From positions 1-64,000 of IMG/VR virus record IMGVR_UViG_3300014775_002125: DNA of 64,000 bases. The stretch is one strand, 5' to 3'. The notes beneath the pieces are model-generated. The model saw only the letters and a list, made by a program, of their open reading frames with translations. It ran no database searches and was not told the DNA's origin. The translations under genes were made by a program, and so were the position numbers. Position 1 is the stretch's first letter; every line of letters begins with the position of its first letter. Below are positions 26,844 through 36,990 of this stretch, piece after piece. Origin of the DNA: a virus.

Positions 26844-28003
26844 TGAAAAACTGCATCACAGAAGCCGACAGGGAAGCCATGTCTCAGTTTGTTTTGACAA
26901 CAGAACGATTCACAAACGGCCCAAAAGTCCGTGAGTTTGAAAAGCTTTGGTCTGAATGGCTTGGAGTTAAATACTCTCTATTTGTTAGTTCTGGAAGCAC
27001 TGCAAACTTCTTGCTCGTTGCAGCCGTAATCGAAAAATATAACCTCAAAAGAGGGGACAAGGTTCTCCTCCCAGCGATGACATGGGTTACAAATGTAAGC
27101 CCACCAATTCAGTTGGGACTTGAGCCAGTGTTTTGCGATGTTGACCCAACAACTTTTTGTTTCGACATCGAGCACATGAAACAAATCAAGAAAGAACACC
27201 CCGACATTAAGTTGGTATTCGTCTCGCACCTCTTTGGTCTTGCTGGGGATATGGATGCCTACAAAGAGGTTTTCCCAGAAGCTGTATTTATCGAAGATGT
27301 ATGTGAATCTCATGGAGCTGTCATTGGTGACAAAAAATGTGGAACCCTCTCAGATGGAGGGACTTTCAGTTTCTATTTCGGGCACCACATGACTACCATT
27401 GAAGGTGGGTTTGTCAGTACAGACGACGATGAACTGTACGAAATCATGAGGACTAAACGTTCTCATGGTCTAGCTAGAGAGGCCTCAAAGGAAAAATTCG
27501 AAGAATATAAAGAGAAATACCCGAACATCCATCCACAATTTCTTTTTGTGACCGATGGATATAACTTTCGGAGCACAGAACTTAACGCTGTTTTGGGAAT
27601 CTCACAACTCAAGAGCCTTAGTAAAAATAATGAGATTCGTCGAAAAAACTTGGAAAGATTTCTTGAAATTCTGGAACGGTATAATTACTACGACACAGAC
27701 ATTAAGACAGAAGGAAACTCAAGTTACTGCATGATTTTCAAGTTAAAAACAAAACAACTTAAAGAGTCTTTGGAAAGGACTTTAAACCTAAACGGCGTTG
27801 AGACAAGACCTTTGTGTAGTGGAAACCTCCTTGAACAACCATTTTTGGCACAATACAAGGATTCGTTTTCAAAAGAAGGAAATCTACATATCAACGAATT
27901 GCACGATAAAGGATTCTTTATTGGTAATAATCACTTGATCACCGATGAAGACTTTGAGAGGTTTGCCGTAATCCTAGAAGAATTCGACAGGGGTCTTTCG
28001 TGA
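26828..28003 (+). CDS. colD: DegT/DnrJ-family PLP enzyme, ColD-type (GDP-4-keto-6-deoxymannose 3-dehydratase)
   Basis: SSGSTAN, EDVCESHGA, FSFYFGHHMTTIEGG (His in place of the Schiff-base Lys, as in ColD), GYNFR; adjacent to gmd. Confidence 0.75.
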   Translation: MFWPLMKNCITEADREAMSQFVLTTERFTNGPKVREFEKLWSEWLGVKYSLFVSSGSTANFLLVAAVIEKYNLKRGDKVLLPAMTWVTNVSPPIQLGLEPVFCDVDPTTFCFDIEHMKQIKKEHPDIKLVFVSHLFGLAGDMDAYKEVFPEAVFIEDVCESHGAVIGDKKCGTLSDGGTFSFYFGHHMTTIEGGFVSTDDDELYEIMRTKRSHGLAREASKEKFEEYKEKYPNIHPQFLFVTDGYNFRSTELNAVLGISQLKSLSKNNEIRRKNLERFLEILERYNYYDTDIKTEGNSSYCMIFKLKTKQLKESLERTLNLNGVETRPLCSGNLLEQPFLAQYKDSFSKEGNLHINELHDKGFFIGNNHLITDEDFERFAVILEEFDRGLS

Positions 28004-28404
28004 TGACCAAAGAGGATTATATTGATGCTCACAAACAACACAGTAAGAACACCATTGCAGTTGATTTCGACGGGGTACTACATAAAAGCTCTAAGGGTTA
28101 TCATGATGGTACAGTGTATGATGGGCCTGTGGAAGGCAGTCTAGAATCCTTGCGAACGTTGAAAGAGATGGGTTATGAGATCGTTGTGTATACATGCAAA
28201 GCCCACCCCCAGAGACCGCTAGTTGAAGGTAAAACTGGTGTTGAGTTAGTCCGGGAATGGTTAGAAAAACATGGAGTATCGACCTTAGCTAGTGATGTGG
28301 TCTGGGGGAAACCTTGGGCAAAACTGTACATCGACGACAAGGGTTATAGATTCGAGAACTGGGAAGATACAATTAAATTCATTCAGAAACTAAAGGAGAA
28401 CTAA
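28000..28404 (+). CDS. Capless HAD-superfamily phosphatase
   Basis: IAVDFDGVL, VVYTC, GKP, YIDDK (motifs I-IV). Confidence 0.8.
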   Translation: MMTKEDYIDAHKQHSKNTIAVDFDGVLHKSSKGYHDGTVYDGPVEGSLESLRTLKEMGYEIVVYTCKAHPQRPLVEGKTGVELVREWLEKHGVSTLASDVVWGKPWAKLYIDDKGYRFENWEDTIKFIQKLKEN

Positions 28405-28406
28405 GA

Positions 28407-28652
28407 ATGAAACTAGAAGCAATTAAGATGTCCCCAAAGCTAATGGCAAGTATCATGTTCACAGTGCAGCATGGTCTAGCGGAGATCTCAAAGGGTAATG
28501 ATTTCGATATGTCAGAGGTTATGATGGACTGGCAGTTGATGTTTGATGAGAACGACGACATCTGCATCATCAACCCTCCGAGCTACTTAATCCACGAAGA
28601 TGACCTAGTAGAAGTCGTGGAGCCACCCCAAGAAGACGCTGGAGAAGCCTAA
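28407..28652 (+). CDS. Hypothetical protein
   Basis: 81 aa, AAGGAG RBS. Confidence 0.65.
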   Translation: MKLEAIKMSPKLMASIMFTVQHGLAEISKGNDFDMSEVMMDWQLMFDENDDICIINPPSYLIHEDDLVEVVEPPQEDAGEA

Positions 28653-28656
28653 TAAC

Positions 28657-28911
28657 ATGCCTAAGTTTTCCTTCCGATGTGGTGATTGCCTTTTTACATG
28701 GGACGGTCGCCTACCCACCTCAGAGATCCCCTCTCACTTTGAATGTCCTCGTTGTCGCTCTAATGAAATCGAGAAGACTCTTCCAAGTTCGTTAAAGCGC
28801 AAAGAGGTACCTGTAAAGAGGCCGGGAGATTTCTTGAAGAAGCGTATTAGAGAGATGAGACAGGAGTTAGTTCATGACGACAGTGCTAGCAGTTATGATG
28901 ATTTTGATTAA
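28657..28911 (+). CDS. FmdB-like zinc-ribbon protein
   Basis: MPKFSFRCGDC..ECPRCRS..IEK. Confidence 0.7.
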   Translation: MPKFSFRCGDCLFTWDGRLPTSEIPSHFECPRCRSNEIEKTLPSSLKRKEVPVKRPGDFLKKRIREMRQELVHDDSASSYDDFD

Positions 28912-29158
28912 CCTGTTCTTGTTCGGGTGGATTGCTTACCTGTTAGGTGCTTTGAGACGATATAATGATTTCTACAGCACCTTATCAGAGGAGTTATTAG
29001 AGTACGAAGAACATTTAGACCACGTTAAAGACCTAATAACTTACTATGGTGACCAAGACATTTTACGACTATTAGAACATACAAAGGAGCTAAAAGTCTC
29101 CATCGAGAGTATTAATGGCAGAAACAACCAACCCCAAGAAGAAAGCGAAGAAAGCTAA
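28874..29158 (+). CDS. Single-pass membrane protein
   Basis: N-terminal hydrophobic helix followed by coiled coil; AGGAG RBS. Confidence 0.6.
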   Translation: MTTVLAVMMILINLFLFGWIAYLLGALRRYNDFYSTLSEELLEYEEHLDHVKDLITYYGDQDILRLLEHTKELKVSIESINGRNNQPQEESEES

Positions 29159-29840
29159 TCAGTATTTTCGACAAGAACACGAGGATATGATTAATCGCTA
29201 TGTGCTTGCAGAAACTAAAAAAGAAAAGAATGAGATCTTCAGGTCAGGTCTTTCAGACGTTTTAGAGACCTTAATTGATAGGATTGTTCAGACTTATGAT
29301 TTCTGGAAGCAGCTACCAACTATCGAGGAAGATAAGTTAGAGTGTTTGTCGTATGTTGTGTTTACTCTAGATAAATACGATCCGACAAGAGGCAAGAAGG
29401 CTTTTTCGTATTTCACAGTAGTTATTAAGAGATTCTTTCTGCAAAAAGTTAATAAACTGAACAGAAAGAGGTCCCAAGAAATTCGCAATGACCAATACTT
29501 AGAATATGAGAGCAAACTCTTAGAAGAGAAAAAGCTCGATTATGAAGCAGAGAGGACTAGGCAGGATTTCTCGGAACAGCTTATAGGCCACTTAGAGAAA
29601 TGGATTGACAAAAGAACCTCTAAAATTGACAAGTCTGTAGGTAAGGCTGTCATCATGATTTTAGAGGATCAGTTAGTCTCGGAAAATCCTGAAGATATGT
29701 ATTTAAACAAGAAGGCGATTAACGTCTACTTGAAGAGTATTACAGGTATTGAAAGCACTCAGGGAATCTCTACTTCACTTAAGAAAATTAGAAGAAGTTA
29801 TGTAATCTTCAAGCGTAAGTGGAACAGAGGAGATTTCTAG
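29115..29840 (+). CDS. Phage sigma-factor-like protein (T4 gp55-like late sigma candidate)
   Basis: N-terminal NQYF; LDKYDPTRGKKAFSYFTVVIKRFF is a sigma region-2 pattern as in gp55-type proteins. Confidence 0.65.
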   Translation: MAETTNPKKKAKKANQYFRQEHEDMINRYVLAETKKEKNEIFRSGLSDVLETLIDRIVQTYDFWKQLPTIEEDKLECLSYVVFTLDKYDPTRGKKAFSYFTVVIKRFFLQKVNKLNRKRSQEIRNDQYLEYESKLLEEKKLDYEAERTRQDFSEQLIGHLEKWIDKRTSKIDKSVGKAVIMILEDQLVSENPEDMYLNKKAINVYLKSITGIESTQGISTSLKKIRRSYVIFKRKWNRGDF

Positions 29841-29842
29841 AA

Positions 29843-30142
29843 ATGAAAGAAGATCTTGACAAAATTCTGAGCAACCTTCAGAATGATCGTAGTATTGCTT
29901 TGGGTGAGTTGCATGGTATTAAGATGTCTGAGGAGGGCTTCGAGCAACCAAAGTCCGACTACAAGGTCAAGCTCTTGCAGTTCCTCAACAAAAACAACGA
30001 GATTGCTCTGAAAGTAACCTCAGCACAACCTTCCAAAGCACCATCCGAAGACGAAGAAGATGACGAAGAGGAGTCCATGAATATTGAGGATATCCGAGAA
30101 GTTATCAAGAAGAAGCGACTAGAGGCTAAAGGAGACGTCTAG
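29843..30142 (+). CDS. Hypothetical helical protein
   Basis: ATG 29843 after GAGGAG; acidic tract. Confidence 0.6.
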   Translation: MKEDLDKILSNLQNDRSIALGELHGIKMSEEGFEQPKSDYKVKLLQFLNKNNEIALKVTSAQPSKAPSEDEEDDEEESMNIEDIREVIKKKRLEAKGDV

Positions 30143-30143
30143 G

Positions 30144-31313
30144 ATGGCCACTAAGAAACCCCCCATCAACGGCATTAACTTTGGGGATCTTAATGAATTC
30201 CCAAGAGATCTTGTCGGCCCCTTATTTGACCCAGACATTAGCGACACGTACACTCTCGGTAAAGTCATTAGGGACTATTACTCTATTGATATTTTTGACG
30301 GCAAGGGAGATATGGTAGGCTTTGTTTTGAGAGATGAAGGTGACGGTACTTATAGGGTAAGGGTTCCTGAATACCAATCGATGATCCCTCTGCCTAGAAG
30401 CATTGGTAAAGACGCTGATGACCTTGCAAACCACATCATCAACCTCCACCCTAGATGTATCAATAATGACGATGACGTAACTACAGTGTTACCCGGAGCT
30501 ATCGTACAGGTTTCTTTTCAGGATCTTAACAGTATGTCTGGTGGGCAGATTAATGGAGTCCTTCAGGATGGCAAAGAATTACTGAACGCACTGAAGAGAA
30601 AGATAGAAGAATTCTATGAAAATAGCTCACTTGATCCTACGAAATTTGGTAGTCGTATCAAGAAGCCTATTGGCAATCACAGTAGGAGACCACCAGCTAA
30701 TGTCAGGAACTACAAGGTCTATAAGTCTCGTCGTTATCGGCAAAACAGAGAGCCTAATGCTTCTGTAGTATATCAGAACAAAGACTGCTTTATGTATAAA
30801 AAAAGAAAGTCGTCGAAAGATAAGATCTCTTGGAGAAAGGGTGGCACTATTGGTTCTGCTGGTTGCGGTCTGATTTCGTTTAAGATGGTTCTTGACTCTT
30901 TTGGTTTGGACAGATATACGACACAGCAACTTGCGGACGCCTTTGTAAATGCAGGGTGGCGTAAGTGTGCTGGCGGTACTAATGGAGAGGGGTTTATCAA
31001 AATGGCCCCTAAATATGGCTTAAAGTGTCGACAACTTTCTTCATTGGCTCAGGTAAAAGGGATCAGCTCTAAGGTAAATAAGAAAACTGGAAAGCTTGGT
31101 TCACCCATCATTGCTTTAGCTAGGGGTCCGGGTAGAAAACCTGACGGCACTCCTAGTTATGGTTATTTTACACAAGGAGGTCACTATATAGTTATCTTTG
31201 GGTATGTTGAGGGTAAATATCAAGTGTATAATCCGTGGGCTGGTGGTCGTGAAGGGTGGATTCCTGAAGAGTTTATGACTGACACTATTAACTGGTGGGT
31301 GTTCGAGAAGTGA
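30144..31313 (+). CDS. Baseplate hub (gp5-like N-terminal OB fold) fused to a C39-like papain-fold peptidase
   Basis: YRVRVPE..PGAIVQVSFQD..G.I.G OB-like N-terminus; C-terminal IGSAGCGLISFKMV..GGHYIVIFG..VYNPW (Cys-His-Asn). Confidence 0.65.
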   Translation: MATKKPPINGINFGDLNEFPRDLVGPLFDPDISDTYTLGKVIRDYYSIDIFDGKGDMVGFVLRDEGDGTYRVRVPEYQSMIPLPRSIGKDADDLANHIINLHPRCINNDDDVTTVLPGAIVQVSFQDLNSMSGGQINGVLQDGKELLNALKRKIEEFYENSSLDPTKFGSRIKKPIGNHSRRPPANVRNYKVYKSRRYRQNREPNASVVYQNKDCFMYKKRKSSKDKISWRKGGTIGSAGCGLISFKMVLDSFGLDRYTTQQLADAFVNAGWRKCAGGTNGEGFIKMAPKYGLKCRQLSSLAQVKGISSKVNKKTGKLGSPIIALARGPGRKPDGTPSYGYFTQGGHYIVIFGYVEGKYQVYNPWAGGREGWIPEEFMTDTINWWVFEK

Positions 31314-32260
31314 GTAAAAAGACAAAGCTATTTGATATTGGAGGTAGCCTTGGGACCAATGGTCAAGTAGGTATTACAACCATTGATTCTAATTTATCTA
31401 AAGAATCCAAGAGGCAGACTTACGGCGTCGGTGGGTATGGTGGACCGGATGTATCGAAATCCTATGACAAGACAAAAAATGAGAAGGTCATCGATGGCGG
31501 CTTTAATAGCTATCTAATTCTAGGTAAAGACCGTCGCGCAGGCCAGTATACCGGACTAGGGGGTCTTGGAGGGACTAATACGGGTTGTCTGGATCTTGTA
31601 GCAGGACTAGCAGGAGACAAGGCAACACTAGTAGACACTGAAGGAAATCTTAAGCCGTACCCAAAAAACTTCGACAAAGATTCTGCTAGGGTTTATATCA
31701 CGCAAAAAGGTTCTGTGGATTATTACTATGATATTCCAGAGAAGCTTTCAGAGGCACGTTCGGCTGTCACAGGTAAAGCTGATATTGTTCGTCTCATTGG
31801 TAGAGAGAACATACGACTACAGACAGGGCTAGACTCCGTGAACAGTAGGGAGTGGACCATTGAATCAAAATCAGGTGTGGATATTCTAAGTGGTCGTGAC
31901 TTGGATAGTTTAGAGCCGATTGTCAAGGGCGATAAGTTAGTAGAATTTTTAAAAGAACAAGAAGCAGCTATAGTTGATTTACATGCTGCCGTATTTGATC
32001 TGTCCAAGTTTGTAGAGAAGCTAATGGGTGAATTGGCTAACCACACACATCTATCAGCTTTTCAAACAGACGTGAAGAAACCAAAATACAACCAGAAATC
32101 CATCGAGCTAACGAAGTTCAGAATTATTCATAACAAGGATCTAAGAGCGATCAAGGGGCAAATTAAAAAGAATACGGTGTCATACAAGAAAGCTGGGAAA
32201 AACTACTTGACTCCTCTTGGCAAACTTTTCATAAACTCAGAGTATCATAAGGTTAACTGA
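31310..32260 (+). CDS. Baseplate spike-like protein (gp5/gpV C-terminal-like)
   Basis: Gly-rich beta segments; EPIVKGDKLVEFL..ANHTH apex motif; GTGA overlap. Confidence 0.5.
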   Translation: MSKKTKLFDIGGSLGTNGQVGITTIDSNLSKESKRQTYGVGGYGGPDVSKSYDKTKNEKVIDGGFNSYLILGKDRRAGQYTGLGGLGGTNTGCLDLVAGLAGDKATLVDTEGNLKPYPKNFDKDSARVYITQKGSVDYYYDIPEKLSEARSAVTGKADIVRLIGRENIRLQTGLDSVNSREWTIESKSGVDILSGRDLDSLEPIVKGDKLVEFLKEQEAAIVDLHAAVFDLSKFVEKLMGELANHTHLSAFQTDVKKPKYNQKSIELTKFRIIHNKDLRAIKGQIKKNTVSYKKAGKNYLTPLGKLFINSEYHKVN

Positions 32261-35200
32261 TGTCTAGTACAAAAAAAATGGAAGAGATGTTTAAGTCTCT
32301 AAAGCTGGAAACTCCCTCGGTTAAAGCATTCAAAGAGGCTACTGAATTGGCTCGTAAAAAAGCTAAAGAAGTGGCCCAGAAAGAATTTAACGAACAAGTT
32401 GATAAGGCATTCGAAGAGATCAAAGAAGAGGTTTTCCAAGAGGTACTGGACCCTACGAGAGATAAAGAAATTGTCAAGGCCCACAGAACTGCAAGGTCAT
32501 TGTTGCGAGATTTGAAAAAGCAGAATGAGCAGAAAAAGTTAGAAGAAGACTTGGAAGGATTGAAAGGGTTTGTAGACAAACAGATAGAACTATTGAAACC
32601 TAACCCTTCTGAATTTAAACTGAATTACAAAAAACTTACTCAAAAAGATATTGATAAAGCAAACGAATTTGATGAAGAACTTACTATCGAGCTTTGGCAA
32701 AAGAAACTCCCGACTCTAGAAATCAAGGATACTTCTACAGCTAAAGCAATCAACGAAGTCAAGGAGAGTATTGAGAAGGATGCTCCGCAGAGGGCTTGGG
32801 AGAGATTCACAAGATACTTTGATCGTGAAAGGTTTGCTAGTTCTATTGCTAGATGCTTGTTGAAGTTGGTCGTAGAAAACTCAGCACTGCGAGAGGTCTT
32901 TAGGTCTGCCTTCATTGCCTATATGGAGTCCGTCAATAGTACTCTCTTAAATGGTCGAGCGAAAGAGCTAATTGTAGAAATCACTAGAAATGTCAATAGG
33001 CTTGATAGTTTGCAGTCAATTGTTACAGGATTTAGACTGTCAACCCCTGTAAGAGAGCTACAGCAAGACCTTAACGACACACCACTAGACGAACTTGCAC
33101 ATGCTTTATTTGACTCAGCTAACGAAGAAGAGTTGTTCATTAGCCTTGTCGAAGTTTTCCCAGATATTGTTGGGTTTATTCAAGGTTTTAACTTACAAGA
33201 CTTGACAGATAGGCTTGGAGAACTTGGACCGGATCTATCAAACGACATCAAATTACCAGTAGATTTCCAGATAAATGCACCTAAAAGTGACATCGAGAAG
33301 CTCTCAGAGGAAACAGACAGGATCTTTGAGGAAGTTATCTACACCTCTCTTGTTACTGCTGCCGGATCTCTCCTAGAACTAGCGGAAACATGTGATTTTG
33401 GCTCTGAAGACCTTTATAGAGTGCCAGATGTTGCTGAGTTCCGTCAAGCTTCTAAAGATGGCGACCAGATTTTCAAGTTTGTGCAGGATGCTAATAATCT
33501 ATATGACAGAGAAACCTTTTGTGATTTCCTAAAATATGCTGAGGGACCAGTTACAGACTTCATCCCATCAGAGTACCATGAGATTGTTAGGGAGATTTAC
33601 GAGAATCAGGACTATAACTACTGCGATGATTTCAACAGGGCTGATAGATTTAGGAGTCCATGCACAGAAGACCCTAAAGACGTAAAGAATCTCAGAGCAC
33701 TTTTAAAGAGCCTCAGACCCTCTTCAGTGGACTTTGATCTAGGAAGGCTTAACGAACTACTAGATGAGGACTCTTACGATTATTTGACAGACTTTACGGG
33801 CGATCAGGTGGATAAGATTGCTAGTCGTCTCGGAGTTACCCTCAATTCGCAGTACGCTTACCTAGTAGACCGTAAAGGCAAGCCAGAAACAAACCTTACG
33901 GGTACCTCTAAGGAGCTTTACGAAGATTATAACAGTGGTTTGTTCAATTCGAATGATTACAAGGATGTGGACCCGGAACTGAAGAAACAAGTAGAAGCCG
34001 CGAAAAAGTTATTAGAGGACAAAGAGGTTAAAACAGAGAGCTATGCAGAGTTATTTGGAAAAAACTTCGTAGTAAGTCAAGATTCTGGTCCAATTACTAA
34101 GTTTTCTGGGGAAAAGCTTAAATATGGTGGTAAAGTAACCATCCCAAAGCAGACTGGTGGGTTCCTGACAGACCAAAAAGTCACTGTAGAGACTAGTGGC
34201 ATGGTTGATTATTCGCTGATTAAGTACGAAAAAACCGGACAAAAGGCTGTTGGTTATGTCGCTGAAGGGCTTAAGGGTAAGTTATTAGAAGATAGAGGTG
34301 AAGATAGAGATGAAGTAGAGAGTTGCAGAGAATATTCTGTAACGATTGACCCTAAAAATGTAAGGCTAGGAAGTTCTGGTATTTTTAGTGCTTTTGGCAG
34401 GGTTGTATTGGTAGATATCATTGAAATAACCAGAAAGGACGGTAAGGTCGAGGTATATCTTACAAGGTTCAGTGGTGATGAGAAAAACTATACATTAAAA
34501 GAGCCATTTCCGTTACATGAAGAGGATTTCGGCAAGTATCTTAAAGGTGAAGATTACCTTCCGATTAGACATGGAGCCTTCCCAAATCTTTATAATTCTG
34601 ATAACTCACGCGGGGTCAGAGCAGAGGGAGAACTTCCTGCAAGAAATTATTTTAAGAAGCTTTTGTTCAATGAGTTGTCTGGGAAATCTGATTCTAAACT
34701 CTTTGGAGAAACTAAAACGACTAAAACCACCTCAGTTAACGCTGATGGTAATTATCAGTACTATACGCTTGATAATGGTGTCAAAAAACTAGAAGAATTT
34801 GATGATTCCTACCATGATTTAATCTACGGGAATATCTTCAAGACCTTTTGGGACATTGTTAGTGACTCACCGCTAGCTAAAAGGACAAAACTGAGTGATT
34901 CTAGAAGTGTTCCTAATGCCTCTTTGCTGCAATTAGGCTCTGAGAGTGTCTGTAAGGGTAAGCAGTTGGTTGATTTTGGAGATGTTACCAGCTTTTTACC
35001 ACGAGCACAAGCATTAGGTCCACAAGAAGTCGATGAAGACAGTGTAGCAATTAAAAGTTATCTAAAATTATCAGCCGTTTCTTACATCCTCTCAGCACCT
35101 TTTAGTTATTCTGTGAGTGAACCCAACAGAAAGCTCTATAGAATGGCGGCACCCCTATATGTACACGCTCTAAGAGACTCAAAAGTTAGCGATGAGATCA

Positions 35201-36936
35201 GAGAAGAGGTTGAAAAGAACTGTAAGGCTTATGAGGACTTGTTTGTAGAGTACTGTTTTACTGCTCATAGTGGATTTAGAGGTAATTTCAACACACCATC
35301 CTTTAAGTTTATCCCAAAAGTGAAGCGACAGGGTGATTCATGGTTTTACCGGACGGAAGAGTCACCAGATGCTTACCAACAGTGGGTCCTAGACAATTAC
35401 CATAGAGATTTGCCGTTCTTTATCGGTGAATCTCTGGTGATTAAAGAGATCAAGAAACCACAAAACAAAGAACTATACGGAGCACTGCCTGATCTCGTGG
35501 GGAAACGGATCAATTCAGAGATTTTATTAGAAAAACTTAAAGAAAATACTCCAAAAGCTGACAAACTATCGGACCACTATGAGTTTACCATACAATCCGA
35601 ACTGTTATTCCACGCACCACTGAGCTATACCAACGAATTATACGCAAACCCAAGGAGATCAAGTGCTTGGGATAGCTATGGGAGACAAAAAGAGACGTTC
35701 AGAGCTACCGTACAGAGAGACTTTAGGTACGAGACAGAGGTAATTTATAGGACGAAGCGCGATGCATTCCAATTTTTTATTGGGGCCGACCAAGGAGGCA
35801 CTACAGTAGGAGCTGTTGGAGCCACTCTAACTCTTAAGTACCGTTCCCAAGTTGAAGGAGAGCGTGGTGAGTTAGGAGACTGGGAGCTTAAAATCAGCGG
35901 GAAAAAACCCGAAGTCTATAAGTCTATCAAAGAAATTAACAACGCTGGGGAGAAGACTATTCTTTCTCGTTCACCTCTAGGGGAATATAATCCACCTATA
36001 GAAGAAAAAGAAACTGAAGGGGGAAAACCTAAACCACCACCTCCTCCAAGAGCTTACAGAAGTTTCGATGAGTTGCTTAAGCAGTTCAAAAAGGAAGCTA
36101 GGGGTGGCGTTACAAGGACCAAGTTTCCCCAGCATAAAAAATACATGTTAGTAAAAAGAGAAATCAAAGAGACCGTTTTTCCATTAGCGACAAAAAGCTT
36201 AAAGTTAAACATTGAAAAACTATCAGACATCGTAAAAATTACCCCAAAAAAGACTGTAAGCTACACTGAGAAAGGTTTAGAGCAAGATAGTGAAGATGTT
36301 TGGAAATGTGTAGATGTTACAAAGACTAGATCAACACCAAAAAAAGTTGAGTATGTTTTTAATGTTGATCAGTGCTTTGAGAAATTACAAGGATTAATTG
36401 AAGAAACAAGCAAATACAAGCAGGTCAAAAAGTACTTTGACGACCCTCTACTATTCTCTTTTGTGGTCACTGATGAGGTAGTCTATAATACAGAATTTGC
36501 CGACGACATCCTTGAATTCTATCAGAAAGTCAGGGAAGCTACCCAAAAATCGTTAGAAGGCCGCGTAGATGAGTTAAAGCCAGAAGATTTCTCCTTCAAC
36601 ATAGCTCAGTTGGTCTTTGAGACGCTCATTGGAATCGTTAAGAGTGTTACTGAGAGGATGGACCCAAATATCTCTGTAGCTTCAGCACTTCGAGACCTTT
36701 TTGTAGGGACTGTGCAGACTGGACTGGACATTGGCCTATCAGAATTTGGAGACGTTCCTTCGGTTGGTTTCCCTGTTACACCCTTTAGTCTCGCACTAAT
36801 GGCTACTGGGTTGTTCCCGACGCCGTTTGGAATTATCTATCTAGCTCTAGAGGACGGCGGACTACTTGTGGACTTCCTCTCAGAATTAGATGAACAAAAA
36901 AACCAGCTACCGATCAGAAGCTCAAGAGAGTGTTAA
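32260..36936 (+). CDS. Large hypothetical protein in the baseplate module
   Basis: 1558 aa, charged and helical, with a hydrophobic C-terminal PVTPFSLALMATGLFPTPFGIIYLAL; lies between the spike and gp25 genes. Confidence 0.55.
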   Translation: MSSTKKMEEMFKSLKLETPSVKAFKEATELARKKAKEVAQKEFNEQVDKAFEEIKEEVFQEVLDPTRDKEIVKAHRTARSLLRDLKKQNEQKKLEEDLEGLKGFVDKQIELLKPNPSEFKLNYKKLTQKDIDKANEFDEELTIELWQKKLPTLEIKDTSTAKAINEVKESIEKDAPQRAWERFTRYFDRERFASSIARCLLKLVVENSALREVFRSAFIAYMESVNSTLLNGRAKELIVEITRNVNRLDSLQSIVTGFRLSTPVRELQQDLNDTPLDELAHALFDSANEEELFISLVEVFPDIVGFIQGFNLQDLTDRLGELGPDLSNDIKLPVDFQINAPKSDIEKLSEETDRIFEEVIYTSLVTAAGSLLELAETCDFGSEDLYRVPDVAEFRQASKDGDQIFKFVQDANNLYDRETFCDFLKYAEGPVTDFIPSEYHEIVREIYENQDYNYCDDFNRADRFRSPCTEDPKDVKNLRALLKSLRPSSVDFDLGRLNELLDEDSYDYLTDFTGDQVDKIASRLGVTLNSQYAYLVDRKGKPETNLTGTSKELYEDYNSGLFNSNDYKDVDPELKKQVEAAKKLLEDKEVKTESYAELFGKNFVVSQDSGPITKFSGEKLKYGGKVTIPKQTGGFLTDQKVTVETSGMVDYSLIKYEKTGQKAVGYVAEGLKGKLLEDRGEDRDEVESCREYSVTIDPKNVRLGSSGIFSAFGRVVLVDIIEITRKDGKVEVYLTRFSGDEKNYTLKEPFPLHEEDFGKYLKGEDYLPIRHGAFPNLYNSDNSRGVRAEGELPARNYFKKLLFNELSGKSDSKLFGETKTTKTTSVNADGNYQYYTLDNGVKKLEEFDDSYHDLIYGNIFKTFWDIVSDSPLAKRTKLSDSRSVPNASLLQLGSESVCKGKQLVDFGDVTSFLPRAQALGPQEVDEDSVAIKSYLKLSAVSYILSAPFSYSVSEPNRKLYRMAAPLYVHALRDSKVSDEIREEVEKNCKAYEDLFVEYCFTAHSGFRGNFNTPSFKFIPKVKRQGDSWFYRTEESPDAYQQWVLDNYHRDLPFFIGESLVIKEIKKPQNKELYGALPDLVGKRINSEILLEKLKENTPKADKLSDHYEFTIQSELLFHAPLSYTNELYANPRRSSAWDSYGRQKETFRATVQRDFRYETEVIYRTKRDAFQFFIGADQGGTTVGAVGATLTLKYRSQVEGERGELGDWELKISGKKPEVYKSIKEINNAGEKTILSRSPLGEYNPPIEEKETEGGKPKPPPPPRAYRSFDELLKQFKKEARGGVTRTKFPQHKKYMLVKREIKETVFPLATKSLKLNIEKLSDIVKITPKKTVSYTEKGLEQDSEDVWKCVDVTKTRSTPKKVEYVFNVDQCFEKLQGLIEETSKYKQVKKYFDDPLLFSFVVTDEVVYNTEFADDILEFYQKVREATQKSLEGRVDELKPEDFSFNIAQLVFETLIGIVKSVTERMDPNISVASALRDLFVGTVQTGLDIGLSEFGDVPSVGFPVTPFSLALMATGLFPTPFGIIYLALEDGGLLVDFLSELDEQKNQLPIRSSREC

Positions 36937-36990
36937 ATATGTGTGGCTTATTTTCCCTTGTGAGGATATTTAAGATTAACAGGAGAAACC

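Noticed and set aside
18826-28404. Interpretation as a bacterial LPS/capsule locus (cellular DNA or prophage boundary)
   Set aside because: It is flanked on both sides by phage genes, shares the phage promoter element and CCWGG avoidance, and has no flippase, polymerase or export genes.
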